The notes below the pieces were generated by a model. The model saw nothing but the letters and a program-made list of their open reading frames with translations. It was not told the DNA's origin and did no database searches. From assembly GCA_036172245.1 (NCBI GenBank), contig JAYWIR010000074.1, forward strand, positions 372,001-399,261: a stretch of DNA of 27,261 nt. The letters are read 5' to 3'. The stretch's first letter is position 1, and every line of letters starts with the position of its first letter. Position numbers and translations under genes: made by a program. Shown piece after piece: positions 20,354-27,261 of this stretch. Source of the stretch: Raillietiella orientalis (Eukaryota).

Positions 20354-21610
20354 AGAAGGGGTTCGACTGCGTGGAGAAGGAGCTACTGTAGGAGCTTCTG
20401 GGTCTCATGGGCTTCCCACCCTCTCTTTCCTCCTACCTCCGTACTTGCTGGCGGAATGCGTTGATCAAGGTCTCTTTCAGCGGACAACGTACGGCCTGCC
20501 GGTGCCGCGGGGCATACGGCAGGGCGATAGTCTGATTCCCCTGCTCTTCAGCACCTACCTTGAGATGGTGCTGAGAGCGTACAGGGTGTCTTTGGCTGGC
20601 TTGCCTAGCTCGTGCCCAGGCACGCCCGAAGTAGCTGCGTACGCCGACGATCTTCTGCTGATGTTGCCCCTGTTCGCCCCGGCAGTCGCAGTCGAGAATT
20701 TCTTCGATCTGCTAAGCCGTGGGACTGGGTTGCAGGTTAACAAGGAGAAGTCGTCGGTGGTACCGTTCGTTGCGACGTGGGATGGACGCCCTGACTGCAT
20801 CCGCATAAGAATCTCCACAGTCAGGTACCTGAAGTACCTAAGTGTCCCGTTGGGAAATTCTGCCTCGCAGAAGTCTGTTAAGGTCGCCTCCAAAAGGTAG
20901 AGATTGCATTATCAATCGGATCCAGGCTTCTCCCGCTTAAGAGGCAAGAGTGGGCACTGCTGCTGTTGCACAGGGGTTTACACTCCAACGCGCGCCGCTT
21001 CCTCTGTACGCGAGGAAGTGTAAGCTTTGAGTGTGCCAAGTGTGGGGAGCAAGAATCGCTTTCATATTTTCTAGTCGACTGTGCTGCCATCCGACCCCTG
21101 TGGTTACGGTTCGGGACGAACCTAGGGCTCGCAATGGGCAGCGCGCCCAGACACGTTCTTCGGCCCCTCTTCGTGCGGGACGCTCTGCCGTTTGCCGCAG
21201 CCTTCGCAGCTCTCTGCTGCATCCGGGGCATCGTGGCGGCCTGGAGCGACATTTGCGACGAAGGAGTGGATGCCAACGAGAGGGAAGTCATCCCGTATGC
21301 TGTGAGCTTCATGCGAAGAGCTGCAAGATGGCTCCATCTGGGACAAACGCAGAAGGACCTAGAGGGCATACTGCGAAGGATGGGCCCTCCTCCTAGTGGA
21401 TAGTGATCCCTTCTCCTCCCTCCAAACTCCTTTAGTTTTTCTTTATTTTATTTTTTTTTGTTTCCTCCCAAAGTCCCATCCACTGCCGAGGAGCGTGATG
21501 CCGAGCTCCGTCCCGGCGTCCCGGCATGTCCGGTATTGTGCGGCCGTTATTGAGGCCTCGTACTACGTATTTGTGGAGTTTATTAATAAAAGCCCAAGCT
21601 TACCCGGGTG
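20354..21610 (+). mobile_element. E9: degenerate family-A-like ORF2 3' part starting at RT motif KGFDCV, with an internal deletion near 20915 and an intact 3' UTR
   Basis: KGFDCVEKELL*ELLGLMGFPP, GIRQGD, YADD, CAKCGEQES, RRMGPPPSG*. The UTR is homologous to E1/E2 and ends CCGGGTG at 21610. Confidence 0.9.
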
Positions 21611-21709
21611 GAAACACCAAATCCCCGGTTCAGGCGGTGCACAGGGACCTCCTCGGAGAACTCGCGGACCGAGGCCTTCATGCGGTCCCAGTCTTGGAGA
21701 CTGCAGAGC
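21611..21709 (-). mobile_element. E10: 99-bp ORF2 remnant (post-APE region), host of both E9 and E11
   Basis: Reverse complement translates LCSLQDWDRMKASVREFSEEVPVHRLNRGFGV, homologous to E2 LRNLQDWDLFKESVREFCEQFPLDRLPPGFGE. Not in the ORF track. Confidence 0.88.
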
Positions 21710-22800
21710 GGCGAGCGGACGTGTCTTTTCGTTGCTCCTGAGTTTCATTTCCTTTGGTGCTTGTGCGTGGTGTGGGTGGAGGATTAGGCAGAAATGCCTA
21801 ATTCCACCACCGGTGAGGATCCGGGGGCGATGACCTCATTGCCCCCGGAGCAGATGGAGGTAAGGGCTCCCGCATCAGTGGAGGCTCCCGCCAGCACGGA
21901 TGCGCCCCCGGCCCTACCCAGGGCTTGGAACGCCGTGGCTGCGGCACCTACGCCAGCGGCTATGGCGGAAATGCGCGCTTACCTGGAGGAGAGGTATAAC
22001 CCACCCCTTCTATATAAGGTAGGTGGTCTATATAAGGTCTGCTGCGTCGTTGTAGAGCGGATTCCCGCCATCGACGAATGCGGCGCTAAAGAACTCCCTG
22101 CTGCCCCTGCTCAACCCTCCGTTGACAAAGTCAACAAGGAGGGGAGCGAGGCGGCGGCGTCCGTCATCGAGCCCACGCTCGATGACGTCGCCTTCGAGCG
22201 CGCCGCGGAGGAGCTGGCTGCCTCGCTGCAGCCGGTTGCCCCCAAGGCTGGCAAGAAGGCCGTCAGGCGTCCGGCTTCCCCTCAGGAGTCGGCCACTTCC
22301 GACCCCAAGGTGAAGGCCGGAAACACAGCATTCATCTTCGCGGCCCCCCGCAAAAAGGCAGGACGAAGGTCCACAATGCCCCGGAAGATCGTCTCCCCCG
22401 ACGAAGAGGAAGAGATGGCTTCCGGTAGCGAGGGTGCCATGAGCGTGGGAAACTCCCTGGACCCGTCGCCCGAGAGAATTCCACGCTCGGACACGCAGGG
22501 GATGGTGAGGATGGAGGCCGAACAGGTACCCCAGCGCCTGAAGAGGCCTCCGTCCTCGTTCCGATGGTCCTCGTACCGATGGACCTTTCCAACACCTGCC
22601 CCGGGGCAGGTGCCGCGACGCCACTTTCCCAGCCATAATGCCGGGAATCGCCTCTCGCCGTCGTCTTCTGATCGCCTGTTGGAACGTGAACGGGCTAAGC
22701 GACGAAGGCAAGAGGCGTGACGTGGCCGCCACCCTGGCATCCTTCGACCTGGTGCTGCTGCAGGAGATCCACGTGATCTCCGCAGATCAAGCCCGGGAGA
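21710..22800 (+). mobile_element. E11: element with intact 5' end, internally deleted ORF1 (21794-22638) and the start of APE (22638-22800); cut by E12
   Basis: 5' end GGCGAGCGGACGTGT; MPNSTT..., AAEELAA; TAATG at 22636-22640; MPGIASRRRLLIACWNVNGL...LLQEIHVISADQAREI. Confidence 0.9.
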
Positions 22801-25800
22801 TTTCTCACCCGGTCACGCCGGGGCGTTTATTCCATATAACATAACCAAAAAAAGCAATTATACAAAATAAACCAGTTGGGAACCAAACTCCCAACCGACG
22901 ACTGAACAAGAATGAAGAGAATATTGCTGGCACGCAGGCCAGAGTAACAGTTTCCTGAACGGTGTGGGTGGGCGGGAAAAACAATGACACCAAAATAAAA
23001 TAAAAACAATGAATAAGGAGGACGGGATAAGGGTCTTTGGGATCGCTCTGGAAGACACGCGGATAAAAGCATGGGCACCGGAAATTTTACCGAGCGAACA
23101 AGACGAAGTATGAGTGGGCGAGAGGTCGCAGGGGTCACCGGATGAAGCCGTTCTCAAAGGTGTGTAAACCGGCGATGTATGCCGGAGATGTCCTCATTCA
23201 CATTGTCACGAAGATGAGACCACCTTGAAGCCATCTCCATCAATTGAGCTGCAAGCAGGTGAGCCTCCCTTCGCTGCGATGACAACTCCAGGGCGTATCG
23301 GGCCTTCACGATGGCGCGAACGGAACACATGGTTGCGACGATCGCGCCAACCGAAAGTCCATTTTTGCTGAAGAAGCGCCGCAGCACATCAATGGCAGTG
23401 CCTCCTTGTGGCATGATGGCGAAAGTGAGCCTTCGCCACAGTTCCCGGAGGTCACCGCAGTCCAGCAAAAGGTGCGGAAAAGACTCGATCTCTCCGCACC
23501 TTAAACAGTTTAGCAAAGCAGCTCCCCCGGAAACGATGCTTCGGTGCCTATTACAGTGAAATGCACAATGTAAAAAGAGCAGCACATCTTGTTTCCACTT
23601 AAGGGGGAACACGGAGCTGTCCAAACAAACGGGGGGAACCACTATCTCTCCGGGGGGCACACTTAAATGTTCGCTCCACCGAAGCAGTCCCTTCGCCCGA
23701 TTCCGAGGTGTGGCGGCTTGCACCAGCTCATTTGTCGTCCAGCTGCCGAGGAGCTTACTGACTCCCTCTATTTTGCAGGAGAGCTCCCATTCCGCCGGTA
23801 GGCAACCGTCGTTGCTTGTCCTGAGGGCAGACAGCGCTGCGGCGAGTGGTGTGGCGGCCAGACGATCCGACAACTTCTTGTCCTGCAAGTCTTCGTCCAT
23901 ATGATGACTGAGGAGAAGTCGCAGGCGTCGAAGATCTTCCAGGCGCGTTCCTTCGGAAGCTGCCCACGATGAAAAAGATTCCTGCCGCCATGCATTAATG
24001 TTCATGGGGCGGCAGGAGATCCAGCTTTGAACTTCCAGCAGTGAGGACAGCTGCCTCAGCGGGAAGCCAAACCCTATTCTGGTGTGCCGATAGTGCGGTA
24101 GCAAAGAAAGCAGTCCCTCGCTTCCCGTGCAGTGCCTCAGTATAAAGCGTGCGGGTAAGCACCACGGCGTACACCACAGCTTGGCACAGAGCCGCAGCAT
24201 GCGAAACTGCACCTGCAGTTCGATACTGTTTAAGTCGAGGATGCCCAAGCCTGCATCCTGACGCGGCGCCACCAAGTCTATAAGTGTAACACGGGATCTT
24301 GCAGCGTCCCACAACGCTTTGCGTAGAAGGCGCTGCGCCCAGACTTTGACTTCCTGTGGAAGTGGAAAAACAAAAAACAGGGGGTGGAAGAGGGGGGCAG
24401 CGAAGGTGTTCCAGATGCAGGCCCGTTCCCGCAAGACGAACTCGCCTCCTGAAAACGGGCCAAGTGCACGCTCTGCCTTCCGAATTCAGTCCGACCACGC
24501 TTCTGAGATGCACAAGTCGCCCAACGGCTCGCGAAAGTACCTGAGGTACCTGCCCGAGGGGATCCCCAGATCGATCCATTCGGACTGCCCCTCCCACGTC
24601 GCACCCACCGGAACAACCATACACTTACTCCTGTTAACGCTCACGCCCGCACCGCGACGAATCAACTCAAAGAAGTCTTCAAGCGATGTCGCCGGGGTGG
24701 ACATGGGCAACAGGAGAAGCAGGTCGTCGGCATAGGCTGCCACGGCCGGCGTACCTGGACAGGAGCTCGACAGGTTCGCTAGCGTCAGCCTGTAAGCCTC
24801 CAGCACCAATACAAAATAGGTGCTGAAGAGCAGTGGGCTCAAGCTGTCACCCTGCCTAATTCCTCGTCGTACCGGCACGCCGTACACGCGACAGCCACTG
24901 AAAACAAAGGATGTAATCGCGTGGCGCCAGCAGGAGCGCAAGTACGCCAACAGGGATGCCGGAAGACACAGACGTTCCAAAAGCTCAAGAAGAAGCTTTT
25001 GGTTCACGCAATCGAAAGCTTTGTGCAGATCGACTGCAACCGCCAAGGCTCCCGGTGTCTCCCTTTGCGTCCCGCGCCTCCGTCGGTGAGAGATCGAAGG
25101 AGTCGCTTCCGCACGACGATCCACCGCCACACAATGCTGCAATTGCAGCCATTTGCGGATGAACAAGAGGTTCGCGTCCATGGACCGCCCAGGAAAAGCG
25201 TACGTCTGCTCCGGACTTACCAAGGATTCCGCGATCCTACCCATCCGCGCCACCCAAAGTTTCGAGAACAACTTGAAGTCCGCATTCACTAATGTGATCG
25301 GACGCCAGTTGTTCAGTTGGCGCAAATCTCCGCCTTTCGGCAGTAGACGCACCTTCGCTCAGCGAAACGAGGCGGGGACCTCGCCCGAGTCTCGCATCAG
25401 CGACGAGAGTTGGAGCACCAGGGGGATGAGCTCCGCCGCAAAACACTGAAAGAATTCCGCGGGGAGCCCATCTTCGCCTGGCGCTTTTCGTCTCTTGAGC
25501 CCCGAGATGGCCGAGGAAATTTCCTCTGCCGTGAAGGGCTCATCAAGACGCGCGCGTTCCTTTTCGTATACAACAGGTGCATCAATCGGCAGAAGCAGCC
25601 GGGAAAGGCTGCGTTTCGTCGGTGCCTCTGCATACAGAGAAGAGTAATAGCGCCTGACTATCCGTCGCACGTCGGCTGGAGCCGAGCATTTCCTATCCTG
25701 GTCGTCGAGCAGAACTGTCGCCCTTGACTGCCAGACCTGGCGCTCGGCCTTGGCCTTGTACTCCGATAATCGACCAACGTCCGCGCGCCTGGTAAAGGAG

Positions 25801-27261
25801 CGGGCCTGCAGAAAATCTCTGCTGTTGGCTACGCCCTCTCCGAAGCCGCGCGGAAGCTGGTGCAAGGGAAACCGGCAGCAGAGTTCGCGGACCGATCTTT
25901 TCAGATCGTCCCAGTCCTCGAGCCCACTTATGGCAAAGCCGAGGAGGTACTGGCGAAGATGCTCAGACGCCTCCGTATGGCTTAGCCAGTCTCCCGGCAT
26001 CCTCCAAAAACAGTTTGGAGGCCCCTTGCCTGGCGGGAGCATCTCGAACTCGAGCCTGTTGTGGTTTGAAAGCACAGACGGCACGGGACCTCTCCGACCC
26101 ACTCGAGAGAGCAAGTGTTCATGAAGGTATACGTGATCCGGCGTTGCTGTTATAACAGGGTCGCTAGCGAACAAGTTGCACGCGTGCACGGACGCGCACA
26201 TCTCTTCCGCTAGCAACTTTTCCCTTTTCTGGGATCTATTCTCGGAAAGCAGGTGGACGTTAAAGTCCCCCGCAATGAGATGGGCCACAGTAGGGTGAGA
26301 TCGAGTGAGCCACTGGCTTTGAAGGGTACCGAAGAACTCAATCCTTTCGGCCCATCGTCCAGCACCGCTCGGCGCGTACACGTTGGTTGCGACAAGGTCG
26401 ATCGAGTCGGACCACTTGAGTACAAGCTGTCCCACTCGGCTTTCCGTGTCGAAACGAGCGCTGCGCACTGCTCCCGCCAAGGTTCCTCGCACGAGGAAAG
26501 CGACGCCGCACGTACGTGCAACGCCGCACCTATAAAGTAGCGTTCCGCCCGCGCGCCGTTCGATTTCGGCAGCCTGCTCTCCGGAAATGCTGTGAATCTC
26601 CTGCAGGAGCGTCAAGTCGAAGGCGCGCAGAGCGTCAGCCACTAGTCGCCTCTTCTCCTCGTGTTGGAGCCCGTTTACGTTCCAAGACGTTACGGCAACA
26701 CGACGAGAAGACGCGATTGCCCTCATCACGGCTGGGAAAGCGAGGCCGTGGTGCTCGCCTCACCCGGCGAGCGGACAGTAAGCAGCACACGGGCTGGAGG
26801 GCGCGGTCGCCACCGGCCTCAACTGTGCTGCACGTAATCGGGTGCTCCTCCCCGGGTGCAGAACCTGTGGGTTCCGGGGTGAGCACTCGCCGTTCCGCCG
26901 TGCATCTGTCCGATTGCACGGGAATGGTCTTTTCGGCGGTCACAGAAGCGCACTTGCACGCGTTGAAGGCGCTGGCTTTTTCCTTGGAAGTGTCACAAGC
27001 CGCGCGTGTTTTCGTATTCCCGCGACTGCTTTTTCTTTTGGAAGAGCTTAGGGATGGAGGTTGAGGAGCTTTATTTGGAGATTTTTCTTTCCTCCTCTCC
27101 ACAACCTTCCATTCGCCTTCGCGATTTCCGGAGGCTTCCGCGACAGTAGTTGCTGAAACCTACGGTATTTTCGCTGCGTTCTGTGGGGGTGTTGCTTTCG
27201 CTACGCCTTTCAAAGGCGGCAACGGAGTCATCTTCTTGACAGTCGGCAGATCGCTCCGCTC
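22801..27261 (-). mobile_element. E12: family-B element with ORF1 3' part, complete but disrupted ORF2 and 3' UTR; runs off the right edge
   Basis: ORFs 25359..26729 (APE, GDFN), 24486..25352 (RT, YADD) and 23154..24434 (CLRCGEIESFPHLLLDC). Terminal AATAAA-CGC-CCCGG-CGTGA-CCGGG-TGAGAAA at 22831-22801. Confidence 0.94.
23154..26726 (-). pseudogene. E12 ORF2 (APE-RT-CCHC), with a stop at about 25360 and a disruption at about 24486
   Basis: Three consecutive ORFs cover the whole ORF2 with all domains in order. Confidence 0.9.

Noticed and set aside
1332..22831. Recurrent GC hairpins as CRISPR repeats, attC sites or rho-independent terminators
   Set aside because: They are kilobases apart, each at a retrotransposon 3' end after AATAAA. 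There are no cas or integrase genes and the context is eukaryotic.
1..27261. Group II intron, retron, DGR or LTR/DIRS interpretation of the RTs
   Set aside because: The gag-knuckle ORF1 plus APE-RT-CCHC ORF2 layout is diagnostic of L1/Tx1-type non-LTR elements. No LTRs, integrase or tyrosine recombinase are seen.
1..27261. HeT-A/TART-like telomeric array
   Set aside because: Those arrays are unidirectional head-to-tail. Here strands alternate and no telomeric repeats are visible.

Overview
The window is eukaryotic and consists almost entirely of L1/Tx1-type non-LTR retrotransposons. Each has ORF1 (gag-like, CCHC zinc knuckles) and ORF2 (APE endonuclease, reverse transcriptase, C-terminal CCHC). 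I see no host gene. I resolve 12 copies or fragments (E1-E12) from several diverged families, almost all truncated or disrupted, on alternating strands. The main result is at the junctions: the elements insert into each other, antisense to the host copy at every insertion junction I could read, and at family-specific conserved coding motifs. All three family-A 3' ends (1357, 6717, 21610) sit exactly 5 nt from the antisense of a Gly-Phe-Gly motif in another element's ORF2. Both family-C 5' ends (14680, 20353) sit exactly 2 nt before the Lys codon of the RT motif 'KAFDCV', in hosts from two different families. Family-B-like copies hit ORF1 'ECSVV', APE 'QEIH..EI' and RT 'YGVP'. All six intact 3' ends lack poly(A) and share an AATAAA-N3-CCCGG-N5-CCGGG-TG hairpin terminus. 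My inference is a guild of sequence-specific retrotransposons that target one another's conserved motifs. Family labels A/B/C are my own by-eye groupings. I could not run searches, so host organism and novelty are unverified.
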